A stretch of 64,000 nt of DNA from an uncultured Candidatus Saccharibacteria bacterium (GCA_964593805.1 CAZQHP010000001.1:91-64090), one strand, 5' to 3'. Positions 45,531-55,269 are shown, numbered from the stretch's first letter. The notes: a model not told the origin generated them from the letters alone. Program-made: numbers and translations.

Positions 45531-46005
45531 GCACACCTCGCTTGCTTAAACCATACTTTTTGGTCAGCAAAAAGTATGCAAAAACTGACGCCATGGGCCG
45601 CGAAACATGATTGTCCCCATAACCAGCCAACTGCTGCGCCGAAACGACTAAAGGCCCAAACTTTTATTTGGGATCAGTTTGGACGAGTTCCGGCTTGATT
45701 CAGCAGTTGTCTGAATGAGTGCATCAGTTTCTTGAATGGCGGGAACAAGCAGAGTCCCGCACCGCGGGACAAATTAAATAATCCGCCTATGGCGGATGCC
45801 ATGGTCTTGTTCAGGCTCTGGAAGTTCCTGATGACGGAGTTGTTAAAACTACCATTAGAGTGAGGAGTCCGCCGCGGCGGATGACGAGTATGGTGGTTTT
45901 GACAATGGAGACATCAAGAACTGGAAGTGGCTGTCGCTCTTTTTGCATACTTTTTCTTCGACAAGAAAAAGTATGGCGGGAAGTCCGCTGTGGCGGACGC
46001 CGAAA
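45531..46005. ncRNA. Copy B of the two-copy ~465-nt non-coding helix-rich element
   Basis: Homologous blocks shared with 29861-30325. It lies between the convergent stops of the 44815 gene and the yjbR-like gene. It has terminal hairpins with identical stems, CATACTTTTT/AAAAAGTATG. Confidence 0.55.
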
Positions 46006-46011
46006 CTGTCT

Positions 46012-46359
46012 TTATTCTACTGTCGGTGCCGATTGACTACCTTCTCCGCTCACTAAATTATACGAATGCAGTATTAGACCTCGTACTTCTTCCCACGGGA
46101 GTTGTCCAGTGAGTATGACGGTATTCCAATGCTTTTTGTTCAGATGATAGCCCTCCAGCACCGTTTCAAATTTGTCGCGCAAAATAACCGCCAGCTGAGG
46201 GTCGCATTTTAAACTTATGCGCAGCGGATTAGTACCCTCGCTGATTAGCGCGAACATTTTGTCTTTTACCTTATACACAGCCACGCCCTCGCCAAACGGA
46301 TAATCCAGCCGCGCTTTCGGCATGCTCAACACATATTCTTCAACTGTCTTATGATCCAT
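46012..46359 (-). CDS. MmcQ/YjbR-family protein
   Basis: ..ARLDYPFGEGVAVYKVKDKMFALI....RISLKCDP......LNKKHWNTV.. shows the YjbR pattern. Confidence 0.75.
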   Translation of the reverse strand: MDHKTVEEYVLSMPKARLDYPFGEGVAVYKVKDKMFALISEGTNPLRISLKCDPQLAVILRDKFETVLEGYHLNKKHWNTVILTGQLPWEEVRGLILHSYNLVSGEGSQSAPTVE

Positions 46360-46906
46360 TTTGTTTGAAAAAATCTAAATAGCTCTGCAGTTCCGCGATT
46401 GAGGCTTGGATGTCGTCGAAGGCTCGGTGGACTTCTTTTTTCTCGTAATTCACGCCGTATTTGGCCTGCATGACAACTTTCCACGCCGTAACGTCCAGCA
46501 TGCGGTAGTGTAGCTTGAGATCAAGCGCGGGCATCCACTGTTTTATAAATACGCGGTCGTTGTGTATGGAGTTGCCTGCCAGCACGGCTGGTTCGTCGCC
46601 AAAATGTTTTTCTACCAGCGCAATCATTTCTTGCTCAGCGGTTGCCAGCGGTTTGCCCTGCGGAAGCTTCTGAATAAATTCGTCGCGGTTGGCCGGGTAA
46701 TCGCGCCACCATATGTTGGCTTGCATCCGTGATATTACGGTGTTGTGATCCTGCTGGATACGCGTTTCATAACTGGCCAGCGTTTTAAAGTTGAAATCAG
46801 TCACTTCGCCGGCAATTTCCAAAATAACGTCTTTGGCCGGATCTAGCCCGGTCATTTCTAAATCAACCCAGAGCAGTTTAGTTGGTATGGCAGTTTTATC
46901 TATCAT
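46349..46906 (-). CDS. orn: Oligoribonuclease
   Basis: ..LLWVDLEMTGLDP..D.ILEIA.. and ..GNSIHNDRVFI.. ..HYRMLDV.. DEDDh exonuclease motifs. Confidence 0.9.
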   Translation of the reverse strand: MIDKTAIPTKLLWVDLEMTGLDPAKDVILEIAGEVTDFNFKTLASYETRIQQDHNTVISRMQANIWWRDYPANRDEFIQKLPQGKPLATAEQEMIALVEKHFGDEPAVLAGNSIHNDRVFIKQWMPALDLKLHYRMLDVTAWKVVMQAKYGVNYEKKEVHRAFDDIQASIAELQSYLDFFKQNGS

Positions 46907-46974
46907 GAGTGCGATTATACCTTACTCTTTCATGCATTTCGCAGTCAGCCTGATTACGGAGGTATAATGAAAGC

Positions 46975-47748
46975 GTGAAAATGGTTCGAATTAAAAAATC
47001 AATCTGGCGAATCAGTATCATCCTGGCTTTCAGCATATTTCTACTGCTGTTTGCCAAAGATGCCAGCGCCCCGAGCAACCAAGAACAGCCTAACTCGGCT
47101 GCCACAGATTCTAGCCAGCAGAGTTCCTTTGACAAGAAAGCGCACGCCCTGGATGAACCGGACAGCATCTGGTGGATTGTCAGCAAAGTTCGGCCTCTGA
47201 ACCCTATATCATACGCGCCCTCGGACCTGGTAGTACCCAACATCCCCCTGAGAGCCAGCCGCGGCGACGGCGAAATGCGTTTGCGCCAGGAAACCGCGGT
47301 GGCACTGGAAGAAATGGTGGCTGCAGCCAAAGTGTCCGGCATCAAACTACTGCTCGCCAGCGGCTACCGCTCTTACCAATTACAAGTCTCTGTCTACAAC
47401 GGCTACGTGCAACAGGAAGGCCAAGCATGGGCGGATAAATATAGTGCCCGCCCTGGCACAAGCGAGCATCAGACAGGTCTGGCGGTAGATTTAGGAGCCG
47501 CCAGCCGACAATGCGAACTTGAAATTTGCTTTGCTGACCTGCCCGAAGGAAAATGGCTGGCTGTCAATGCCTATTTGTACGGTTTTGTAATCCGCTACCC
47601 CGAGGGCAAATACGAAGTTACAGGGTACGAGTTCGAACCCTGGCATTTCCGCTACGTGGGCAAAGAGTTGTCAGCCGAACTGCACAAACAAAACATCCAA
47701 ACCCTAGAAGAATTCTTTGGCGTCGTCCCCAACAAACAACCTTATTAG
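46975..47748 (+). CDS. M15-family D-alanyl-D-alanine carboxypeptidase (VanY-like)
   Basis: ..LLASGYRSYQLQ.., ..SEHQTGLAVD.., ..EPWHFRYVG.. zinc-ligand contexts. N-terminal TM. The start is GTG 46975 or ATG 46981. Confidence 0.88.
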   Translation: MKMVRIKKSIWRISIILAFSIFLLLFAKDASAPSNQEQPNSAATDSSQQSSFDKKAHALDEPDSIWWIVSKVRPLNPISYAPSDLVVPNIPLRASRGDGEMRLRQETAVALEEMVAAAKVSGIKLLLASGYRSYQLQVSVYNGYVQQEGQAWADKYSARPGTSEHQTGLAVDLGAASRQCELEICFADLPEGKWLAVNAYLYGFVIRYPEGKYEVTGYEFEPWHFRYVGKELSAELHKQNIQTLEEFFGVVPNKQPY

Positions 47749-47774
47749 CGGTTAGCTGACTGCTACCAGCTAGA
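47747..47774. repeat. Degenerate tandem heptamers x4 spanning a convergent gene junction
   Basis: agcggtt agctgac tgctacc agctaga. It overlaps both stop codons (47748 and 47770). Confidence 0.8.
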
Positions 47775-49146
47775 ATTCCGTGCTTTTTATTACTTGGATA
47801 GGCGTAAATGTGTTCACGATGCCAGTGACTCGAGTGGTTTGGGCTTCTACGGTTGTGCCGTTCAGAGACTTTGCTAGCGGTTCAGCCGCCAAGTCTAGCG
47901 GGAACAGCTTGAAATCGTGGCGAGCATTGACATTTCCGGCGGCCTTTTGAGCGGCTGTCCATTCGTAGTGCATATAAACCGGTATAAGTTTTGGGGTTTT
48001 AATCTTCAGCGTAGCGGCATCTATGTCCATTACGGCCATGCCGCCAATCAGATTATTGATAGGTAGTTGAGAGTTTAGGAAATTGCCCAAACTAAACCAT
48101 ACCAACGTTTGATGCCCATCAGTGCCAGTCAGGAGTTTTGCCGGTTGTAGAACACGCGGACCGCTGCCAACCACCGCGTCAACATTTTGGGTGGCCAAAA
48201 ATTGAGCAATCCTGTCTTGGTCGGCATTAATATCCAAACCATCTTCCACGCCCCAATGCATGCTGACAATAACCATTTTTGCATTTTTGCGCGCTTCGGC
48301 AATCTGTTTGCTAGCCAATTCATCGCTGTATAGATTTACACCAAATGGCGTCACCTGCTTGTTCAGAGTGTTCGTGGTATATGCCAAATACGCGAACTTC
48401 AGACCCTTGACGCTAAAATAGGTTATCTTTGATTGCTCCTCAGCCGAACGGTTGGCGCCAGCGATTGCCAACATATTCTGCGCGGCGTCCCACGTAGTCC
48501 TGGTGGCATCTATGGCCGGCTGGCCTTTGTCGTTCATGTGGTCGCTCGCCAGGTTGATTAGGTTGCAGCCCGCGCCCGCAAAGCCGCTAGACCACGCTAG
48601 CGGTGCGTTGAAGCTAGGGTAGCCGCTGATGTCTCCTCCTCCGCCAGAGGTTGTCTGGTTGCATAGGCGAATGTCTGATTTATCAAAAAACGGTTTGAAA
48701 GCGCTCATCATGGGCGCATAGTCGTAACTGCCGTCCGGCTGTTTGGCGGCGTTGTTTATAGATTCAAAAGCCCAGCTGTCGCCCACTGCCACAAAGCGAA
48801 TGGTGCCGGTGAGTTTTGGCTCTTCGGTTTTTGTAACTTGCGGAGTCTCAGTCTGTTGTGCCGGTCTGTTGGCGTATTTACGTAGGTACAGAGCATAGCC
48901 AGCACCGCCTGCAATCAACAGAATTACAAAAAGAAAAATCAGTAATTTAACTTTTTTGGAGCGCTTGCGACGATGTTTTTTGGCTTTGGGCGGTTTTGCC
49001 GGCTTAGGTTTAGGCGGTTCGGGTTTAGGAGTTGTGGACGCCTCTACATGGCTTTGTGGAACCGAAGGACGGGGCTGATACATGGGCGCGTTGTCACGAG
49101 CCCCACGCGATATTCCTCGGAAGCGATCACGAATATCATCATCCAT
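47770..49146 (-). CDS. CapA/PgsA-family metallophosphatase-like protein, membrane anchored
   Basis: N-terminal K/P-rich region plus a TM segment. ..FVAVGDSW.. and ..VVSMHWGVE.. are typical of the CapA family. Confidence 0.7.
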   Translation of the reverse strand: MDDDIRDRFRGISRGARDNAPMYQPRPSVPQSHVEASTTPKPEPPKPKPAKPPKAKKHRRKRSKKVKLLIFLFVILLIAGGAGYALYLRKYANRPAQQTETPQVTKTEEPKLTGTIRFVAVGDSWAFESINNAAKQPDGSYDYAPMMSAFKPFFDKSDIRLCNQTTSGGGGDISGYPSFNAPLAWSSGFAGAGCNLINLASDHMNDKGQPAIDATRTTWDAAQNMLAIAGANRSAEEQSKITYFSVKGLKFAYLAYTTNTLNKQVTPFGVNLYSDELASKQIAEARKNAKMVIVSMHWGVEDGLDINADQDRIAQFLATQNVDAVVGSGPRVLQPAKLLTGTDGHQTLVWFSLGNFLNSQLPINNLIGGMAVMDIDAATLKIKTPKLIPVYMHYEWTAAQKAAGNVNARHDFKLFPLDLAAEPLAKSLNGTTVEAQTTRVTGIVNTFTPIQVIKSTEF

Positions 49147-49182
49147 CTACTACCATTGTACCAGCATTATTGTCTAGCAATT

Positions 49183-49593
49183 CTAGCTGGACTTTTTTTC
49201 GGGCTCGAATTTGAGACAGACGGAGTTTATACAGTAATGTTTGCCTGTTGGCGTATCGTCCACTCCGTCAAAAACATGTCCAAGGTGGCTTCCGCAATTA
49301 GAACAAACTGCTTCTAACCGGTACATTCCCATGGATTTATCATCTACCAATTCCACCGCACCACCTTTGGCAACGTCAGCAAAACTAGGCCAACCAATTA
49401 ACCCTGGAGTTTTTGAGTCGTGCTTGTCGTTACTTGAAAAAAGCATTGCTCCGCAAGCAGCGCAATTATATACACCGGGTTTAGTATTTTTTGCAAAATC
49501 GCCACTAAATGGAGCTTCTGTCCCCTTTTGCCGCAAAATTCTATATTGCTCGGGTGTGAGTTTTTTCTTCCACTCGTCCTCAGAAAGCTGCAT
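49183..49593 (-). CDS. msrB: Peptide-methionine (R)-S-oxide reductase
   Basis: ..[20 protein letters not shown].. and ..[14 protein letters not shown].. Two CxxC pairs are present. Confidence 0.92.
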   Translation of the reverse strand: MQLSEDEWKKKLTPEQYRILRQKGTEAPFSGDFAKNTKPGVYNCAACGAMLFSSNDKHDSKTPGLIGWPSFADVAKGGAVELVDDKSMGMYRLEAVCSNCGSHLGHVFDGVDDTPTGKHYCINSVCLKFEPEKKSS

Positions 49594-49594
49594 G

Positions 49595-50014
49595 CTAATC
49601 AGCTTTCTTTTTGTCTAGTTTTTCCAAATGTAGCCCTTTGAACACAAAGTACACGACTGCGGCCACAGTGACAAAACTTATGAACTGGCTTACAAACGCT
49701 CCCCACAAAAAATCTTGCGTTTTTCCGTTCAGACTCAGCGCAAAAGACTTTTCAGCCAAGGTGCCTTCGCCTGGCAAAACCAAGCCGACAATAGGGTTGA
49801 TAAAACTTATCACCATCTGGTCGACCAACGTTTTGACCTGCGTGCCAAGTACTAAACCAATCGCCAACCCCACCACGCCCTGTTCGCGGACAAATACCAT
49901 AAAACCGGCTAACTGGCTCTTTACTTTCCTGCCAGGAATTTTTTCCAGCTGTTCGCGCGCCGCTTCCACCCGCTTGAGAACTTCGGCCTTAGTAGGCTGC
50001 TTATTATTTAACAT
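49595..50014 (-). CDS. mscL: Large-conductance mechanosensitive channel
   Basis: ..[20 protein letters not shown].....V..MV..FINP.. Confidence 0.9.
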   Translation of the reverse strand: MLNNKQPTKAEVLKRVEAAREQLEKIPGRKVKSQLAGFMVFVREQGVVGLAIGLVLGTQVKTLVDQMVISFINPIVGLVLPGEGTLAEKSFALSLNGKTQDFLWGAFVSQFISFVTVAAVVYFVFKGLHLEKLDKKKAD

Positions 50015-50043
50015 GCTTTGTCTCCTTTAAAGTCTAGTATACG

Positions 50044-50670
50044 TCATACTACAGGTATCAGTTTTAGGATATCTTTGGGATGACTGGCGACTGCTGTGGG
50101 GTTGGCCGCCCGCAGTGTGTCCGGATGCTGCAAGCCCCAAGTGACGGCAATACTTTGTATGCCTGCTTTTTTGGCAGCTTCTACGTCCCGCAGTTCGTCG
50201 CCCACCAGCCAAACGTCTCGCTTTGCCAGCCTGCGGCCGCGCATAAAACGTTTTAGGGCTGGGGCTTTACCAAAGAGGCCGCTGGAGGGCAAAACTGTGA
50301 GTTTATCTGCTAGTTCCTGCCGTTTTAACACGGCACTAATGAGTTTTCTACTATTTGTACTCAACACAAACAATTCATGCCCAGCCCCATGCAGTGTCCC
50401 GACAAGTTCGCGAATGCCTGGAAAGAGTTCTATTTCGCCAGTCCTGAGCGCCAGCATGCGCTTGGCCTGCAACAGGGCAAAAGGCACGTCCCGAAGCGGT
50501 ATGCCCAAGCGTTTGAGGCCGTCTTTTATATTGCCTTTGCTGAGCTCTTGATACGTAGCCTCATCTACCGCCGGCCAGCCTTTCCGCGCGGCAATTTCGT
50601 TGCCTACTTCCATTATCAGGCGTTTCATGTCCGCCAGCGTGCCGTCAAAATCAAATACTATATAAGCCAT
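50044..50670 (-). CDS. HAD-superfamily hydrolase (phosphoglycolate phosphatase-like)
   Basis: Motif I IVFDFDGTLAD and ..VLSTNS.. / ..LVGDELRDVEAA.. Confidence 0.85.
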   Translation of the reverse strand: MAYIVFDFDGTLADMKRLIMEVGNEIAARKGWPAVDEATYQELSKGNIKDGLKRLGIPLRDVPFALLQAKRMLALRTGEIELFPGIRELVGTLHGAGHELFVLSTNSRKLISAVLKRQELADKLTVLPSSGLFGKAPALKRFMRGRRLAKRDVWLVGDELRDVEAAKKAGIQSIAVTWGLQHPDTLRAANPTAVASHPKDILKLIPVV

Positions 50671-50672
50671 AC

Positions 50673-52325
50673 CTACATCCTGTCTGGCGCGGGAATGTTG
50701 AGAAGTTCCAGACCGCTTTTTAGCGTGTCGGCATAAGCTTGAACTAAATTCAAACGGACAGCTTGGCGCGGGTCGTCCAGCACGCGGTTGTTTTCATAAA
50801 AACGGTTAAAAACCTGCGCTAGTTCGTATAAATACGTGCAGACATGATGCGGCATGAGTTCCTGTACTGCCCTGTCCACCACCTCTGTATATTCACCAAT
50901 CTTCCTTAGCAGGCTTCTTTCATCCTTTTGGAGTTTTTCTGAAGACTTTGGACTTTGGACTTTGGACTTAGCGAGAATACTTCTCGCCCTGGCGTGCGCG
51001 TACTGCAGGTACGGCCCGCTGTTGCCCTCCAGTGCCACTGATTCTGCCGGATCGTAAATGACGTCTCCGCCCATGCGATTTTTTAATAGTGCGTATTTGA
51101 CTGCCGCCAGCGCCGTAGTTTCGTCGTCTTTGCCAGTAGTTTTTTGGTTGGCCGCGCGAGCCGCGTCAATCACATCAATGGCGCGCAGTATGTTGCCCTT
51201 GCGGCTGCTCATTTTCACACCGCCAGCCAGTTTCACCATGCCGTGAGTTAGGTGCGTAGTGGCTGTTGACAATTCAGGTGCGAATTGCTCAATCGCTTTT
51301 AACACCACAGCCATGTACTGGGCTTGTTCGTTGCCGGTTATGACGACTGATTTGTCAAAGTTGTAGTCGCGCTTTTTGGCCACAATCAGCCCCACATCTT
51401 TGGCTTCGTAGGTTGGCAAACCTTCGGAGTTTACAAAAACGCGAGTGTGCAAATCATGGTCTTCGCCTTTGAACACAATTGCGCCCTCCGACTCCACGAA
51501 AACATCTGGAATGTGCTCTTTAACAGTTTGGACCCCCAGCTCTGCGACTTCGCTTTCCGGGTAGTATTTTTCAAAACTACTGCCTATGCGCTTATAGAAT
51601 TCGTCGAAATAGTCATAGCTCCACTGCCGGCATGTCCAATATATTTGCGCAAACGCAGATTCTTTGTCGCCGTCTGCGTGCAGCTGGTATACGCGTTTAT
51701 TCAGTGTGGTAATTTCGGCCTTTGCGGCTTCGTTTTCATCGTAAGCAGTCGTACCTTCTATGTAAGCCTTGGTCAGCCATTCGGCATGGTTTTCAATCGC
51801 CTTGAGCCCGTCTGGATTTTCACCGCCGAGCTCTCGCAAAATGGCCCACATGGTTTTGCCAACGTGCAGACCAACATCGCCGCCAAAGTTCACGCGGTGG
51901 ACTTTGGCTCCGGCCGCTTCCAACAAAGATGCTATCCCGTCCCCCACCACGGAGGTATACAAATGGCCAGCATGCAGGACTTTGAATGGGTTCGGGTCGG
52001 AATATTCCGCTACGACTTCTTTGCCTGCCAAGACGCGCATTGGCTTCTGAGCCGCAAGCTTAGTCAGAGCTGCGTCTGTCAACGTTAAATTTATAAACCC
52101 CGGGCCAGCGATATCTGCGGACACAATGCTGGGATGTTTCAGAGCCGATTTAAGGGTTTCGGCAACTTCGCGCGGGTTTTTATCCAGCCGTTTGCCCAAC
52201 TGAAGGGCAACGCTGGTAGCGTAATCGCCGAATTGCTCGTCGGGGCGCGTCAAATCCACCTCAACGTCAACGTTGAACAATTCTTTGCACGCCCCCGCGA
52301 TTGCCTGCTCCAGTTCTTGCCTCAT
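50673..52325 (-). CDS. argS: Arginine--tRNA ligase, with a repeat-encoded insertion
   Basis: ..YSDPNPFKVLHAGHL.. (HIGH-type), ..MSSRKGN.. (KMSK-type), and a C-terminal DALR anticodon-binding region. Confidence 0.95.
   Translation of the reverse strand: MRQELEQAIAGACKELFNVDVEVDLTRPDEQFGDYATSVALQLGKRLDKNPREVAETLKSALKHPSIVSADIAGPGFINLTLTDAALTKLAAQKPMRVLAGKEVVAEYSDPNPFKVLHAGHLYTSVVGDGIASLLEAAGAKVHRVNFGGDVGLHVGKTMWAILRELGGENPDGLKAIENHAEWLTKAYIEGTTAYDENEAAKAEITTLNKRVYQLHADGDKESAFAQIYWTCRQWSYDYFDEFYKRIGSSFEKYYPESEVAELGVQTVKEHIPDVFVESEGAIVFKGEDHDLHTRVFVNSEGLPTYEAKDVGLIVAKKRDYNFDKSVVITGNEQAQYMAVVLKAIEQFAPELSTATTHLTHGMVKLAGGVKMSSRKGNILRAIDVIDAARAANQKTTGKDDETTALAAVKYALLKNRMGGDVIYDPAESVALEGNSGPYLQYAHARARSILAKSKVQSPKSSEKLQKDERSLLRKIGEYTEVVDRAVQELMPHHVCTYLYELAQVFNRFYENNRVLDDPRQAVRLNLVQAYADTLKSGLELLNIPAPDRM
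50944..50971. repeat. Tandem heptamers (GACTTTG) x3 plus one degenerate unit inside argS
   Basis: gactttg gactttg gactttg gacttag. It encodes ..KSKVQSPKS.. Confidence 0.95.
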
Positions 52326-52344
52326 GGCTTTACTATAGCAAAGA

Positions 52345-53019
52345 TTAGCGCTCGGGTTTTAGCGTTAGTGCCTGGACTAAATTCCAAACCACGGCATAGA
52401 TGCTGCCAATCAGCGCAAAAAAAGTCAGTGTAGTTACAAACGCCTGCGGGTGCGCCAGCGGATGGATTATCCGTTCTGACACGTCAAACAGCAGTCCGGC
52501 CGGGCTTACCAGCAAATCCCAGGTGTTCCAGCGCAAACTTCGTCCCAGATAAATTGCAAAGCTATTTGCTAGCAAAACGCCCGTAATAAGCAATGTCGCA
52601 AAATTTGCAGTACGGCGTTTAAGCAGCTGGCGGTGAACCATGATCAGGCTAATTATTCCGGCCAACAAGCCGTTCCAGATGCATGACAGAAATAGCACAA
52701 TGTCAAACAGCAGGCCAATGTCTCCGGTATTACGCAAATGAATCAGATCGCTCATGAGGTAAAAACTATTGGGCAAAAATCCCAACCACAGCAGCGTTAG
52801 CAATATAGGTATGGGCTCTTTCCAGCTTTGACTTTTCAATTTGTTCGCCAAAAGCCACGCAAAAAGCACTGGCGTCCAGCCCAATAGTAGATTCCAGAAC
52901 AAAAACCAGTATTGCGTGTTGTCCGTCCCCGCTACGCGCAACCCAAACAGCACTACGCTCACCAGGTTGGATAGCAAAATCGCCCGCACAACTCCCCGGC
53001 TCGCAGCCTTTGCAGTCAT
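52345..53019 (-). CDS. Polytopic membrane protein (DUF1361-like)
   Basis: At least 6 TM segments. ..FWNLLLGWTPVLFAW.. resembles the DUF1361 signature. Confidence 0.5.
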   Translation of the reverse strand: MTAKAASRGVVRAILLSNLVSVVLFGLRVAGTDNTQYWFLFWNLLLGWTPVLFAWLLANKLKSQSWKEPIPILLTLLWLGFLPNSFYLMSDLIHLRNTGDIGLLFDIVLFLSCIWNGLLAGIISLIMVHRQLLKRRTANFATLLITGVLLANSFAIYLGRSLRWNTWDLLVSPAGLLFDVSERIIHPLAHPQAFVTTLTFFALIGSIYAVVWNLVQALTLKPER

Positions 53020-53102
53020 AATCCATACAGTATAGCAATTAACAGATAACGAAACGAATACATATTGACATATTTAAATGTTTAGATATATACTCTTAAA
53101 TT

Positions 53103-53372
53103 ATGGCTGATGAAATAACTGTCAATCTGCTCAAGGCACTGGCAGACAAAACCCGCCTGGACATAGTGCGCAAACTGGCTAAGGAGGAATCCTGTAGTAG
53201 TTGTAGCAACGTCAGCCGCGTGTCTTCTCTGTCCCAGCCGGCCATGAGCCATCATTTTCACAAACTAGTAGAGGCTGGCGTGATTTTGGAGGAAAAAGAC
53301 GGCAAACAAAAGCTATACACGCTTAATAAAGAACTAATGGAAGCCAAAGGCATCAGCCCAGATTTGCTATAG
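53103..53372 (+). CDS. ArsR/SmtB-family transcriptional regulator
   Basis: ..LKALADKTRLDIVRKL.....SQPAMSHHFHKLVEAGVI.. TTGACA-N18-TATACT lies upstream, 8 nt before the ATG. Confidence 0.88.
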   Translation: MADEITVNLLKALADKTRLDIVRKLAKEESCSSCSNVSRVSSLSQPAMSHHFHKLVEAGVILEEKDGKQKLYTLNKELMEAKGISPDLL

Positions 53373-53416
53373 GGTCGCACCCTATAGCAGGAATAACAGA
53401 TTTAAAAGGAGGATTT

Positions 53417-53971
53417 ATGAAACTTATGATAATAAATGGCAGCGTGCGCGAAGGCCGCCGGGCGGATACGGTACAAAAATGGGCTGTGCCGCTGCTACGG
53501 GCTGACCCGGATATTGAGCTTGATATTGCCGACTTGAAAGAAGTTGATTTGCCGTTTTTTAACGAAGCGGTGACGCCTGATGCCGCCAACGGCCAGTTTC
53601 AAAACCCCAAAGGCACGGCATGGGCAAAGCGCGTGGCAGATGCCGACGCGTTTATTTTTCTAACGGCAGAGTACAACCACGGCCCTACCGCGGTACTAAA
53701 AAACGCAATTGATTGGGTATATCACGGCTGGCTGAACAAACCGGTTGGGTTTATCAGTTACGGCGGCTTGGTTGGCGGTTCGCGGGCTGTCGAGCAGCTC
53801 AAGCAGATTGTGCTTCACGTCAAACTTTTCCCCGTTTCAACCGTCATAACCATACCGGCTATTGGCAGCGCTTTTGATGAATCTGGGCAGCCGAAGCATA
53901 AAGGTATGGATGCAAGCCTGGAGAAGCTCGTCGGTGAACTCAAAGATTTACAGAGATGCTTAGCCAGCTAA
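53417..53971 (+). CDS. NAD(P)H-dependent FMN reductase family protein
   Basis: GGAGG RBS. ..IINGSVREGR.. and ..FLTAEYNHG.. motifs. Confidence 0.85.
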   Translation: MKLMIINGSVREGRRADTVQKWAVPLLRADPDIELDIADLKEVDLPFFNEAVTPDAANGQFQNPKGTAWAKRVADADAFIFLTAEYNHGPTAVLKNAIDWVYHGWLNKPVGFISYGGLVGGSRAVEQLKQIVLHVKLFPVSTVITIPAIGSAFDESGQPKHKGMDASLEKLVGELKDLQRCLAS

Positions 53972-53996
53972 CAGATATAGCGTATAATACTGGCTA

Positions 53997-54632
53997 ATGA
54001 ATGCCGCGTTGGACTTGGTAACAAATGCCGTACGTTCGCTGATGTTTAGGTTGGCAAAAATACTGAACACGGTTAGTGGCGGCAAATTGTCGCCAAATTT
54101 TATAACTTGGCTCGGTTTCCTTATGCACGTGCCGATCGCGTGGCTAATCGCTTTTGAAAAAAACGAACTAGCCGCCGTACTGCTAGTTGTGTTTGGGTTG
54201 TTTGATGCACTCGATGGCGCGTTGGCAAAAGTTCAGAATAAAGCGAGCGATGCCGGTATGGTGCTAGACGCCACGACCGACCGGATGAAAGAAGTGCTGC
54301 TTTACACTGGTGCCGCTTTTGCAATTACTGCTGGCGATCAGCCACGAATGGCGGCTTGGGCTGTTGCTGCCTGCGGGGCTAGTCTATGCGTTAGCTACGT
54401 CAAAGCGAAGGGCGAAACCGCACTAAAAGCTAGCAAGCTGACTCCAAACGAGATTAATCGGCTGTTCTCCGACGGCTTCTTTAGATTCCAGGTTCGTATG
54501 TTGTTTCTAATAGTTGGTCTGCTGAGCGACCAACTGGTCCTGGCGCTCGTAGTGATAGCTATCGGTTCTGCCCTAACTGCATTTAGCCGCTTATTCACCA
54601 TTCAAAAGAAACTACGAAATGTACAAAATTGA
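53997..54632 (+). CDS. CDP-alcohol phosphatidyltransferase family protein
   Basis: ..DALDGALAK.......G..LDATTDR.. (DG(x)2AR...D(x)3D-like signature) plus multiple TM segments. Confidence 0.8.
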   Translation: MNAALDLVTNAVRSLMFRLAKILNTVSGGKLSPNFITWLGFLMHVPIAWLIAFEKNELAAVLLVVFGLFDALDGALAKVQNKASDAGMVLDATTDRMKEVLLYTGAAFAITAGDQPRMAAWAVAACGASLCVSYVKAKGETALKASKLTPNEINRLFSDGFFRFQVRMLFLIVGLLSDQLVLALVVIAIGSALTAFSRLFTIQKKLRNVQN

Positions 54633-55269
54633 CCTGCATACGCACTCCACTGCCTCGCATGACGGCGGGATTACAGCCGACCAGTACGCCAAGGCGCTTA
54701 GCACCAACGTGCTGGACGTGATTGCCGTTACTGATCATAACCAGCTGGATTTTGCGGTCGGGCTGCGGCGGCAGCTGGGCGACCGGATAATTGTGGGCGA
54801 AGAAATTATGACCACCGGCGGCGAGATTATCGGTTTATATCTAACCGAGCGCATCCGCCCTGGTCTTTCACCGCTGGAAACCATTGGGCTAATCAAAGAA
54901 CAGGGCGGGCTAGTGTATGTGCCGCATCCGTTTGAAAGCGTTCGCAAAGGCCTGCATCCGGGGACTATGGAAGAACTAGTGGACTACTTGGACATAATTG
55001 AAGTTTGCAACGGCCGGGCTTTTTTGCAAAACCGCAGCGCCCAGACGGTGATTTGGGCAAAACTGAACCATATAATCGGCGCCGCCAGCAGCGATGCCCA
55101 CGGCATGCGCGGCCTAGGCAAAACCTACACCCGGGTGAAAAAACTGCCAGCCGCTGGTGATTTGATAGAAACTATTGCTGCCGGCACGCCAGTAACCGAC
55201 AGGCCTGGCGTGCGCTCTCTGCTCTACCCCAAATATCATCGACTTAGAAAAAAACTAAAGCGTTCATGA
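54619..55269 (+). CDS. PHP-domain phosphoesterase
   Basis: ..IDLHTHSTASHDG.. and ..VPHPF.. / ..SDAHG.. metal-ligand contexts. The start overlaps the upstream gene. Confidence 0.8.
   Translation: MYKIDLHTHSTASHDGGITADQYAKALSTNVLDVIAVTDHNQLDFAVGLRRQLGDRIIVGEEIMTTGGEIIGLYLTERIRPGLSPLETIGLIKEQGGLVYVPHPFESVRKGLHPGTMEELVDYLDIIEVCNGRAFLQNRSAQTVIWAKLNHIIGAASSDAHGMRGLGKTYTRVKKLPAAGDLIETIAAGTPVTDRPGVRSLLYPKYHRLRKKLKRS

Noticed and set aside
46896-47345. A 149-aa minus-strand ORF
   Set aside because: It is antisense to the VanY-like carboxypeptidase, which has clear zinc-ligand motifs. It overlaps the orn start without any RBS.
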